A DNA stretch of 64,000 bases from the human T2T-CHM13v2.0 reference genome, Homo sapiens, in assembly GCF_009914755.1 (NCBI RefSeq), contig NC_060933.1; one strand, given 5' to 3'. Position numbers and translations under genes: made by a program. Position 1 is the stretch's first letter, and the number at the start of each line of letters is the position of its first letter. Below are positions 25,132-37,748 of this stretch, in pieces. The notes beneath the pieces were generated by a model. That model had not been told where the DNA came from, ran no database searches, and saw nothing but the letters and a program-made list of their open reading frames with translations.

Positions 25132-25391
25132 AGTAACCAGGGACGACCGCGGCCACACCGCGCCGGCGCCGGCGCCCAGCCCAGGCAGCCCCGCGCCGCG
25201 GCGCCCGGACCGCCCGGGCCTGCCCAGCGGCCGCCCCACGCCCCGGGCGCCCCGGCGCCGACAGCCGCGCAGCGCAGCGCGGGCGCCGCAGACAAAGGCG
25301 CGGCCCCGGCCCGGCCCGCCCGGCCCAGCCGCTCCTGCTGGGCGCCCCAACCGGGTCCGGCCCGGGGGGGCGGGGGCCGCGGCCGCCGAGG
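25132..25391 (+). other. NCS1: Probable NCS1 5' UTR (5' end uncertain)
   Basis: ATG-free GC-rich tract before the start codon. An initiator-like CCAGT at 25130-25134 lies just downstream of the GC boxes. The TSS is inferred, not observed. Confidence 0.5.
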
Positions 25392-25455
25392 ATGGGGAAA
25401 TCCAACAGCAAGTTGAAGCCCGAAGTTGTGGAGGAGCTGACCAGGAAGACCTACT
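25392..25455 (+). CDS. NCS1: NCS1 coding exon 1 (canonical isoform): MGKSNSKLKPEVVEELTRKTY + first base of Phe22
   Basis: The translation matches the recognised NCS-1/frequenin N-terminus with its MGxxxS myristoylation motif. Strong Kozak context (gccgccgaggATGG). Donor T|gtgagt at 25456; 64 nt, phase 1. Confidence 0.98.
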
Positions 25456-27059
25456 GTGAGTGCTCCCAGCCCCCAGCCCGCGCCCCGCGGTCACCCCCAC
25501 ACCCACCGCCCCCGCCCCCGCCCCCCGGACCCGCGCGCTACCCGCTCCGCGCTGCCGCCTCCGCTCCGTCCTCCCCGCCCGGCCTCCAATGTGGACCCCT
25601 CGGAGGTTCCCGGGCCGCGCCCCTGCCCCCCGCCCGGCCCCATTGTTCTGGCACCCCCAGCCCGGGGAGTGCGCGCCGGTCGGCGTGCGCGGCGCCACCC
25701 CTAGGTCCGGAGGGGCAGCCCCAGCCCCCTGGCGGCCCCCTCTCCGCAGAGCTGTCCCAACGGGCAGGGGCTGTTGCCAGGGTGGGGCGGTGGTCCCGGG
25801 AGGGGGCGCCCGGCTGCGCGGAGCCGACTGGCACGAGCGCGCGGGGCTGGTGATTCATGCATCACGATGCCGCCGCCGCCGCTGCTGCGAGATTGGCCTG
25901 TCGCCCCCTCCCTGGCCCCGTTCGTGTGGGGGGGGGGGTGGCGAGACTTGGCACAGCGCTCGTCGTGCGGTGACGGCGGTGAAGGGTCCCCGGCACCCTG
26001 TGGGTTGCAGCACTTACAGGCTGGATTCTCCCTGGCCCCATCTCTGTCTGCCACACCGGGAAGTGGGTTTCTACAGCCCGGGTCATCTGGGCCGCGTGTG
26101 ATCATTAGCTGTCGCGGGCTGCCCGGAGGAGGATGGCCTGTCCTTTCTGGGCGTCTCCAGATCAGCCTCAGTGTGTCTCCCTCCACTTGCCTAACTTCAC
26201 AACTCTGCAGTCCCCTTGCAGTCCTAGTTTCTCCATACCAGGCTTCCCCCTTCCCTGCAGCCTCTCCGGAGGTGCCCTGGCATACCAGGGGTTAATGGTA
26301 ATGGGTCCAGACCACCCAGGGGATTGCCAGAGGGAAGGCTTCAGCATCGGGGTCTGGAAGGACCTCTGCCTGGGTGTTTGACTTGGAAGGGGACAGTGGC
26401 TCTGGGCTTGGGTTGGAATTCAGAACCCATCCCCGGGCAGCTGCCTGGGCCCAGGCCCTCTGCACCACCCCTGGAGGCAGCAGCTTGACCGCCAGCCCCA
26501 TGTGTTGATGGAGGCTGGGGAGGCAGCTCCTGGTGGTGCATTGCACAACCTCTGCTCCCCGCTTCCCCCCACTCCATCGGCCTTCTGGGCACGTCTGCAG
26601 GTCTGTCCAAGCCCACGCTTCAGCTCCATGCCCCTCACCCCTCATGCTTGGAACAAAGGGGGCTTTCCTGAGCGGGTGCTAGTCTGCTGCGAGGTGCTGG
26701 CCCTTCTCCTGTGGAATCCTGCAGCATGGAGCTCACATCCCAAGAGCTGCTACCTGGAAGGGGTGAAGCCCCTGGGCACAGGGGCTGTTCTCACCCTCTC
26801 TCCAAGGTGGGCAGGTGGGTGGCCCATTCCAGTCTGGCTGCTGTTTTGTGAGATTCGCTGGGGACTCCTTCAAGCTAAGTCCAGATGTGGCCCACAGCCG
26901 CCAGCAGGTGGACTTCCTGGGTCCCTGTGCCGGGGGAGGGTGAGGACACCGTGGGCTCCATCAGGAGTGGTGGGCATGGGCTGCACGGGATGCCTCCATC
27001 ATGGTGGGACAGGGGAGTGAAGCCAGGTTTCCTGCTCATCGAGCATGTCACGTGCCAAG

Positions 27060-27240
27060 CTCTTGGCATCATTAGCACCTCGACTCTGCCACAACTGCTC
27101 TACCAGGCTGGGTGCTGCTACGATCTCCATTTACAGATGGGGAAACTAAGGCTCAGAGGGGCAAAGTGGCATTCCCATGATCCCACAGCTAGTGACCAGG
27201 CAGTGCCAGGACTTGAACTCCGGTCTGTCCTGCTCCAAGG
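27060..27240 (-). mobile_element. MIR
   Basis: ccatttacagatggggaaactaaggctcagagggg core. Confidence 0.8.
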
Positions 27241-27280
27241 CTAGTGAGAGACTTCAGAGCTCGTGCCAAGAGCTCTTCTG

Positions 27281-27536
27281 GGCCAGGCACAGTGGCTCAC
27301 GCCTGTAATCCCAGCACTTTGGGAGGCCGAGGCGGGTGGACCAGCCTGACCAACGTGGAGAAACCCCCATCTCTACTAAAAATACAAAATTAGCTGGGCA
27401 TGGTGGCACATGCCTGTAATCCCAGCTACTCGGGAGGCTGAGGCAGGAGAATCGCTTGAACCTGGGAGGCGGAGGTTGCGGTGAGGTGAGATTGCTCCAA
27501 GAGGGAAACTCTGTCTCCAAAAAAAAAAAAAAAAAA
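27281..27536 (+). mobile_element. Alu with internal deletions
   Basis: Alu consensus and poly-A tail. Confidence 0.9.
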
Positions 27537-27659
27537 GCTCTGCTGGGTGTCTTTTTCTGGCTTTTGCTAGAAGCCCATGATGGTGGATTCTAAATGGGAA
27601 GGGCCTGGGGTGATAGTCCTGTCCGGCCCCCTCCTCCGGGCAGATCTGTCAACTTTAAG

Positions 27660-27871
27660 AGAAGTTGAGTCAACAAAGCTTTGTTAGGAACTGGCCCTTG
27701 TGGTGCTGGGCTGGGCTATTTTTAAAGGCCTTTGGAGACGTGGAACAGTTTTGGGCAGAGAGAGAGTTGGCCTGGGTACTTTTCCTCTGTCGAAGCCCTT
27801 ATTAGGGGTGGGCCGTTGGAGGTGGCGGTGGGTTCATTGGCCTCCTGTCTGCCTCCCGCGCTGACGTCAGC
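27660..27871. promoter_or_regulatory. Candidate intronic enhancer (AP-1, paired SOX, MEF2, CRE motifs)
   Basis: TGAGTCA 27666-27672; AACAAAGCTTTGTT 27672-27685; CTATTTTTAA 27716-27725; GCTGACGTCAGC 27860-27871. Confidence 0.45.
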
Positions 27872-28089
27872 TCCCTAGTGCAGGCCCTTGTGTGTGGAGC
27901 TCACAGCTGTGTTCCCCCCATGTGTTGGCCTTTAGTAGGTTCACAGAATGAAAAGTCTCCCAACAGGACAAGCAGAGAAAGCTTCCAGCTTGTTCTCCCG
28001 CCCCCAGATGGGCTTCCTTCTGATGGGGAGTGGAGCCATCTGCTCTTTGTTCTGGGGGATTCTGTGTATGGGGTCAAGAGAAGCGCCCC

Positions 28090-28270
28090 AGGAAGGACTC
28101 TCAAATGTCAGAATCTCCTGGTTGATTAATAAACATGAAGGTACCTGGGCTGCCCTCCCGGATTTCCGATTCTTTAGGTCTGGCTGGGGCCCAGGAATTT
28201 GCATCCTTGACACGTGTTTGTGCTGCAGATGGTGGTCCTGGGGAGCCCGGATTGAAGACCACAGTTCCAG
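28090..28270. mobile_element. MER5A-like hAT fossil
   Basis: cagaatctcctgg...ttccgattctttaggtctggctggggcccaggaatttgcat motif. Confidence 0.65.
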
Positions 28271-28689
28271 TGTATGCTGGGGGTCCTAGCCCACCTCATG
28301 CATAGCTGGCCACAGTGCCAAGGGGGCCTAGAGGGGAGCCATGGGTCCACGTCCGAGTCGGTGCTGGGCAGTGTCCTTGGTGGGCGTCTCTGGCTCTGTC
28401 TGTGGTGGTCTGTGTGTGTGAGGAAGCAGGAGTGTCTAAAGGCCCCAGCAGTGTGGCCCTCACTGGACACACTGGGATTCCACCTGGCTCAAACCCTAAC
28501 CCAGTCCTCAGCCTTCCACCAGCAACAGGTTAGGGAGAGATGGACAGGGTCACTCTGCAGCCAAGACTTAGACAGTGGCAGTCAGCATTGCGGGCGGCCC
28601 AGTTTCTTTCAGGTCTGGCCCACTCTCTTCCAACCTGCTGGTGAGGCTGTTGGCTTCCCCGTGTGTCCCGGCTGTGGGATGGGCCGGTC

Positions 28690-28869
28690 CCCTCACCTAC
28701 CTGAGCCTCAGTTTCCTCATCTGCAAAATAGGTGTGCTCATGGCACCTGAACTCAGAGGATGTGAGAAGTCAACAGGGTAACTCATGTGCAGTGTGGGGC
28801 CTGATATGTGGCGTGGGGTATGTGGTCAGTAAATGCCAGTGATCGTAATTAATGCTTATTTGTTCATTT

Positions 28870-28925
<56 letters not shown>

Positions 28926-29225
28926 TTTTTTTTTTTTTTGGAGACAGGGTCTGGCTGTGTTGCCCTGACTGGAGTGCAATGGTGCAATCATGGCTCACTT
29001 AAACCTTGACCTCCTGGGTCCAAGCAATCCTCCTGCCTCAGCCTCCCCAGTAGCTGGGACCATGGGTGTACAACACCACACCTGGCTAATTAAAAACATT
29101 TTTTTTGTAGAGTTAGGGTCTTGCCCTTTTGCCTGGGCTGGTCTCAAACTCTTGGCCTCAAGCAATCCTCCTGCCTTGGCTTCCCAAAGTTCTGGGATCA
29201 CAGGCCTGAGCCACCGCACCCGGCC
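28690..29225. mobile_element. MIR (+, 28690-28850) followed by an antisense AluJ-like element with (CTTT)n tail
   Basis: ctgagcctcagtttcctcatctgcaaaatagg; Alu consensus. Confidence 0.85.
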
Positions 29226-31561
29226 TTAATATATATCATTTTGACCATACAATACAGCTTCATCTTGAACTGGGCTTATGTGTATTTTGTGGGCAAATTT
29301 CTTCTCTCCACAGAGGAATCTTGCTGACTCTGGTCTTTGTGCCTGGCACACAGAAGGTGACATCTATGACTGCTGTGCCTGAATCCCAGCAGGGGCCTGC
29401 TCTTACGTGTAGCGGCCTCCGCAGCCCCACTTGTGAATTGTGAAGCTGCCCTGGCCTGTTCATTAAGTGCTCACTGTGTGCCAGGCATGGAGACAGAGGA
29501 GTGGACCAGAGAGATGGAATCCCTGGCCTCAGGAGGAAAGCAGCCGGGTTATCCGAAAACTCCAGCATGGGGGTGCAAGCCATTTGTGGTGGTCTGAGCT
29601 GCATCCCCTTAAAGGCTTCTGAGGCCACTGCAGGCCCAAGCCAGCCAGGCCCAAGAGGCACAACCTCTGCCCTCCTCCCTTCTCCTTCTCCTCCCCATGA
29701 TGTTTGCGGTCCTTCCCAGGGACCCTCGGTCTGGGACTCAGGGGTGGCCACCTCCTCCCTGTTGCCTTTGGTCAGCCCAGGCTCTGCCTTGACCTTGCCT
29801 GCCAACCTTGACTCTCCTCTGCCTTTTCCCTAATGCCCAGAATGGTGCCGGCACACAGGAGCAGGTGGAGGGCAGGAGCCCACGGCTGATGCCTCTGTGA
29901 CCCCGAGCAGAGGACGGGTCCCTGGCTCCAGGTTGGGGTCAGCAGTTGGGTTCTTGGGTGTCTCTGGTTGTGGACTGTCCTGGGGCCCATGAGGGCCCCT
30001 TCCTCTAGGGTGAGGAATATTCTCTGATCATCACTCCCCACCCAACTCTGCTCAACCAGGGTGGGCCAAGCTGCTGCCTTCAGGAGGCAGTCACTGGAGA
30101 CCATCTTGGGACAAAGCTGGGGGTTGTGTGATGGCTGCGTGGGGACATGGAGGGCCCACAGCCAGGCACAGGGTGAGCCACAAGGAGAGGAAAGGACCAA
30201 AGCAAGGGAGGGGCTTCGGCCGTCCCTGTACATCCCGTGTGCGTGGGCATGAACCAAGGAGGCCTTTCCTTTCTCTGACAGTGGAGCAGAGCAGCAGCAG
30301 GAGAGACTGAGGTGGACTCTCGGCATCGGGATGGGCATCTGGGCAAGAAACATCACCTGTGTTATTAGGAGAGGACTCGATCCCCTGCGGTGCGGGGCTG
30401 GGTCCTCACTCGGCCTTGGTGACCTTGGGGAAGTCCCTTGGCCTCTCTGAGCACCAGCTTGCTCATCCTTCAGACCTGCCTTCCAACTCCATGGATCTAA
30501 ACAGGAGAAGCTTTGCAGTCCGGGGAGCGGGCCAGAAAGACAAAGGGGTTGTTTGGCAGGAGAGTCCCTGGGAGGGAAGGAGGGCTCAGGGGCGAGTTCT
30601 GCGGTTCTGGCCCCTTCCTTGGGCAAACCTCCTCTCACCGGCTTCACTTTCCGCCTCTGGAAAATGGGCAGTTTTGGAAGGCCTCAGTGTTGAGGAGGAT
30701 TCGGGGCATATGAAGGGTTTAGCTTGGTGCCTGGTTCTGAGGGGAACCTTTATTTATTTATATTTTTATTTCTATAGAGATGGGATCTCGCTATGTTGGC
30801 CAGGCTAGTCTCGAACTCCTGGCCTCAAGTGATCTCCTCCCATCTCGGCCTCCTGAAGTGTTGGGATTACAGGCATGAGCTGCTGCGCCTGGCCATGAGG
30901 GGAACCTTTCAAAACTTTCCTGGCAGCAGCTGGTCCTTGGGGTGCAAGTCTTCCGCATCCAGGGCAGGTGGCCTGTGGCCACCCCCTTGTACAGAGAGGG
31001 AAGGGGCAGCTGGTGAATGGCAGGGACTCACCCAGGCCCCAGAGCCCAGCCTCCTCCTCACAGGCTCTTTTTGCCCTTTCTGCCTCCTTGGGCTCCAGGT
31101 TAAATGGGACCCAGCTTCTCCCTTCCCTACATCACCCCACAGAATTCTCCCATCACCCCGTGTCAGGGGAAAGCCCTTTTCCCCGGCAGAGGCCTTGGGA
31201 TCGGACCCAGCTCCTGCTGCTCCCAAGGCCTGTCTTAAACCCCTTTGGGGCAAGGCATGGGCAGTGGAGGGGGGTGGTGTCCTGTCGAGTGGGCCGGGCC
31301 CATGTCACCCTCTGAGAGGCCACAGGAAGGAATTTGGACATTATTCGAGATCCGTAGGGAGCCGTGGAAGGGAGGTGATGGAGACACATTAGATTTGGGT
31401 TTAGAAAAATTGTTGTTGGCTGCAGTCCCGGAATGGACTGGCGGGGAAGAGGGGTGGTAATGAGACCGAAGGTGATCATGGTGATGAACTGGAGTATCGG
31501 TGGGGATGACATGAAAGACAGATTCCAGATATATTTAGGAGGAAGACTCAGTAGGACTTGG

Positions 31562-31966
31562 TTTCCCTCCCCTCCCCTCCCCTCCCCTCCCCTCCCCTCC
31601 CCTCCCTTCTTTCCCCTCCCCTGCCCTCCCCTCCCCTTCCCTCCCCTTCCCTCCCCTTCCCTCCCCTTCCCTCCTCTTTTTTTTTTTGAAACAGAGTCTT
31701 ACTCTGTCACCCAGGCTGGAGTACGGTGGCACGATCTTGGCTTACTGCAATCTCCACCTCCCGGGTTCAAGCAAATCTCCTGTCTCAGCCTCCCGAGTAG
31801 GGGATTACAGGCATCCGCCACCACTCCCAGCTAATTTTTGTATTTTTAGTAGAGACGGGGTTTCACCATATTGGTCAGGCTGGTCTCGAACTCCTGACCT
31901 CAGGTGATTCACTCACCTTGGCCTCCCAAAGTGCTGGGATTACAGGCATGAGCCGCTGTCCCTGGA
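31562..31966 (-). mobile_element. Alu whose tail has expanded into a (CCCCT)n/(AGGGG)n tract (31562-31680)
   Basis: Pure pyrimidine tract continuous with the antisense Alu. Confidence 0.88.
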
Positions 31967-32039
31967 CTCATAGTTTTCATTACCTTGTAAATTTGGGATT
32001 ATCTACTTTTTATTTTCTGACTTAAAAAAACCTGACCAT

Positions 32040-32505
32040 TCTGAATGTTTGCCCGTATCATGAACTATGCTTTTAGAGCATGATTTTTTTTCATGGTGCA
32101 TCATATGGACAGAACATATTTTATTTAATCTCCTGTCATTGGACAGTTAGCTTCCTCCTCCCATATTGAAAATACTGAGATGAACATCTTTGTACCACAT
32201 CTTTGCATGAATGTCTTTGCACTAAATCTTTGCACTTATCTTTTCTTGAAGATAAGAACCCAGAACGGGGTTATGGAGTTAAAAGGCTGGGGATGTTTTG
32301 AAAGGCTTTTGATTAAAAATTGTTGAATTGCTCTCCAGAAAGGCTGTTCCAGTTTACATTTTCAGCAAAAGTAGATGAGAGAGTGCCTATTTCTCTGCAT
32401 TCTTGCCAGCACTGGGTATTACTGTTTTCCTTACTTCTTGCCAATTTTATGGGGAGGAAAAGAGGTGGCTCACTGTGTCAACATTTATTTCTTTGAATAC
32501 TATGA
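32040..32505 (-). mobile_element. Ancient L1 (L1ME-like) fragment
   Basis: AT-rich; ttgctctccagaaaggctgttccagtttacatt...ctgcattcttgccagcactgggtatt. Confidence 0.7.
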
Positions 32506-32711
32506 AATAGAATCCTAGTATCTTTCAGCTGGAGGAGACTCTTGGGGCCAAGTAGTTCAATGCCCTCATTTTACAAGTAGGCAAATTAAGCGCCAGAAAG
32601 GTGAAGCATCTTCCCCAAGGTCACACAGCAAATATGTGGCAGGAACTGCTTTGTTCCTGTCAGGGCACCTCCCACTGTGCCAAGGTGAGTTGGCTGTTGG
32701 GGTTCAGATAG

Positions 32712-32885
<174 letters not shown>

Positions 32886-35800
32886 TGAGTAGCTCGTATT
32901 AGAATGTGCACCACCACACCTGGCTAATTTTTGTATTTTTAGTGGAGATGGGGTCTTGCCATTTTGGCCAGGTTGGTCTCAAACTCCTAGCCTCAAGTGG
33001 TGCACCCACCTTGGCCTCCCAAAGTGCTGGGATTACAGGCGTGAGCCACCACGCCTGGCCTAGGGATGTCTTGACTTCTTCACTGAGGTCTTCTGCTGGG
33101 GTTCATCTTGCCCCAGATATCTCTAGCACTCTGGTAAGAAAAAAAGCCAATATAAATTAAAAAGCACATCATCATTATGGTCATAACAAGATGAATCAAT
33201 TTTCACATTCTGTGTGTGATCTATTTTGCAGGGCAGAGAGTGTCAGAGATTACGTTGCGGCGTTTCTAGGTAACTTGAGATTGGGGTCATATTCTGACCA
33301 AGGGCAGAACGGCAGGTGCTGAGGACTTGAAGGTCAGTTCTGCTGTTTCCTGGCTGGGCAATCCTGGCCAGCTCCTTACGTCTCTGAGCTCTGAGGTCCC
33401 TTGCGCATGAGACAGGGATGTTTGCACAGGGATCTGCACGTAGTAGGTGCTCAGTAAATGCTCTCCCAGGAAGGAGGCTGCTGGACCGGCTGTATCAGGG
33501 ACAGCCGTTCTTGGCCACTCCCCTGGGCAATCACAGAGTGAGCTGTCACAGGCTCTTGGCTGAATTGGGAGCGAGTGGCAAACATGGAGGGCCTCTGTGG
33601 TGGCCCGGCTGGGTTGGTGGCCGGATTGTTCTGTGTCTGGCTCCTGGCTTGGTGAGTTGGGGAGGGAGAAGGGTTGTGGCAGGCTGGCTTTTAGGCTCCT
33701 GTGCGCCCAGGGGCTCAGAGGATGGACAGCAGCCTGCCTGGGATTAAGTCCCAGGACCATCATGGCCTGGACAGTGGCTTTGGAGTCACTAGTTCCCTCT
33801 GGGACTCAGTTTCCCTTTCTGTACCATGTTCAAATTCCCAGATAGTGAGACCCAGTGGGGAAGGTACGTCAGGGCCCCAGGGACGGAGTGTGCTTGGGCT
33901 GTGGTGTTCAAGACCCAGGCCCTTGGATCTTCTCAGCCTCAGGCATGGTTCTTAGCCTCTCGATACCTTAGTTTTCTTATCTGGGGGTTGGGGATAAGGG
34001 ACTTCTACTACACAGAGCCGTGTGCGGGGTTAGGAATAACAGACGTTGAACTTGGCGGCTCATCTCGGCCCTCCTTTTGCTCCTGGTGGTGGTGGAGGAT
34101 CTGCGAGCTGCAGCACGGGACGGTCAGGGGCTGTCACTGCGGTGAGAATCTGGTATTAGGCATGTTCCGTGTGACCCAGGCCTGTCCTTGGTGTTCACGT
34201 GTGTTCCTCACCAATTCCACCCAGGAGCCCTGTGGGGGTCCCCTTTTTACAGATGAGGAAATGGAGGCTCAGAGTGGATGAGAGCTGGCTCATGGTCCCA
34301 CGGCTGGAGAGTGGTGCCATTGGGGTCTGATCCCCGTCCCCTCTCAGCCTGGAGTCTGCACACTGAAGCCCTGGGCCGCGGTGAGGGGCCCCTGCTTGGT
34401 GGAGGTGCCAGGGAGCCGCCATGGAGGTGTGCAGGTGAGCGTGAGCGGGCCCGGGTGCCTGGTGTGGGTGTTGCAGGCAGGGCGGGTGCTGCGGGGCACG
34501 TGGGCAAGTCCCGATTCACGTGGGCACGCTCCGAGCGTGAGTGACGGGGTCATGGCGTGTGTCAGGAGTGGGTGAGCCGGGCACTCCTGTGCGCACGCGT
34601 GTGGTGGTGTGTGAGGGCAGCTCTGTACAGGTTGTAAATGTAGGTGTGCCTGGGGGTGGGGGACGCTGGGGAGGGAGGCACAGACAGGCCGGGAGCCGCG
34701 CCAAAGGCTGGGAGCTCAGCTGCCAGGTCTGGAACCAGGTGATAAGCTGCCACTCCCCAAGGCAGTAGGGGAGTATTGTGGTTGGGGGGAGATGACAGCA
34801 ATGACGACCACCGTTTACCCAGTGGGCACTCGGGACCAGGAGTGCTGAGTGCTGCCCTCTCCCCAAAGCCCTGGGAGTAGGGACCCTTATACCCATTTTA
34901 CAGATGAGGAAAGGGAGGCCCAGGCAAGTTCAGGGACACGCCCAAGTCCCCCCAGCCAGCCAATCGATGGCCAGTCGGGGTTCAGGCTTAGACCTTTATG
35001 TTGCCAGAGCCACGCCCTTCCCACCCGGCGCCTGCCTCCCACCGTCTCTGTGAGCCTCAAAACCTTGGAGTTCCCTGCCAAGGGGAGGGAGCGCCCAGTT
35101 CCTGGGAGCATCCAAGCCGCTGCTGGAGCATCAGACACTGGCCAGGCATCCCGGACTCCTGGGCTGGGTGTGAGGTTGGTGGCAGATAGGATCCTTCCCG
35201 CTGGTTCCAGAGGTTCTGCCTCCTGCAGGAGATTTGGGGCAGCCTCCGCCTTGCCTTCCTCCAGGAAGGAGGCAGAGTTGAGGCCTTGTGGAAAGGCGGC
35301 AGGAGGAGAGGCGCTGATAGGAGTGTGTGGCGCAGCTGTGCCCTGGCCTCAACGGCTTCCTCAGCCTCCACCCACCCCAGTGGAGGCTCAGCAGGTGCTG
35401 ACCGTGTGTGGGCGCTGGGCTGATCTCAATGGTCATCCTCCCGCCCTGGGAACTTAGGAGCAACGTACCGCCATCTTACGGTGCTGGCACCACCCCTGCT
35501 CCTGGGAAGCCTTGTCACGGACAAGGTGGTGAGGACTGAGTGCCCCTGGCCATCCTGCCCTGCCCTGTGCCTGGCTCAGCCCAGGTGCCTTCGGAGGTAT
35601 CTGTCCGACAGAGAAAGAGACCAAGTCCTCACAGGTGCAGTGTGGGTTTTGGGGGCATGGTGGCCAAGGGGACCCCCGTGACTTTTAGCTCCTTGAGGTC
35701 TGGGCCACATCTTGTGGTCTTTGGTGTCTGTGGGGTGTGTGGCCCGGGGTGTCCTCGCCTCTGCAGAAGGCTGGGATCTTTCCGAAGAGTTTTTCCCTGC

Positions 35801-36250
35801 AGTGCTGTGGTTTGCTCTCCCTGGTGACCAGGACAGGACCTGCCTGTGCTCCTGACCTACAGTCTGTCGGGGAAGGGGGACAGCCAGGGAGTTGAGAGTT
35901 GGGTCCTGGTTCCAGCCTGGCTTGCTGTGGCCTCTGGCTGCCCCTCTCAGGGCCGCAGTCTCTCCATCTGTTCCACTCTCTGTGAGATGCGATGTCACCA
36001 TTTCTCAGCTCCGGGTGCCCTGACCATGCGGCTGGGGGTGGGAGCTCCTTGCCCAGGAGGGGTGCAGGGCAGTTGCTGGCTTTGGCACTTCTGAGCCACC
36101 GAGGGGGCCCCAGGAAGCTGGTGAGGCATCCAGGCCACTGTGCTCTGGATTCCCTGGCAGGGGAGCAGGGGGAGGGCAGGAGGAATGTGGCTTTGAGGAA
36201 TGTTTAACCCAAGGCAGAAATAGCACTCTGCCTTTTTATTTCAGGCTTGA

Positions 36251-36927
<677 letters not shown>

Positions 36928-37226
36928 TAGCCCTGTGACCACTTCCTTCTCTGAATCTCTGCAGAACTGGGAGAGGGATGCTGAGCCAAGATGGCTTTTC
37001 TGGTGGTCTGGTGTCCGGGGCTCCTCTCAGGGACCCACAGGCCTGGATTCAAATCCCAAGGCCTCTACTGGTTAGTTCTGGGACCTTGGTCTGGCCTTTC
37101 CCACCGAGCCCTCAGACTTCATCTGTGAAATGGGCAGATGCCTCCCAGGATTGTGGATGGCATTCATGCGAAAACATTGGTGACAGGGCCTGGCACGGCT
37201 TATCCCAGGCTTTTAATCCCTCCTGA

Positions 37227-37748
<522 letters not shown>

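Larger units (their letters stand above)
24640..26110. promoter_or_regulatory. CpG island / TATA-less GC-box promoter of NCS1
   Basis: Extremely GC- and CpG-rich, with many GGGCGG/GGGAGG boxes (24980-25100), and it spans exon 1. Confidence 0.92.

Noticed and set aside
24406-26295. Long overlapping ORFs on both strands (430, 242, 213, 203 aa)
   Set aside because: They reflect stop-codon scarcity in a CpG island and are Pro/Gly/Ala/Arg low-complexity. Only the first 21 codons of 25392..25853 are real; the rest is read-through past the donor.
28491-28502. aaaccctaaccc telomere-like motif
   Set aside because: Under two units; not distinguishable from chance.
33750-33778. Split RE1/NRSE-like halves (caggacc...ggacagtg); similar at ~44442 and ~12530
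   Set aside because: Half-sites are imperfect and spacing is non-canonical; no canonical 21-bp RE1 was seen, and such matches are expected by chance in GC-rich DNA.
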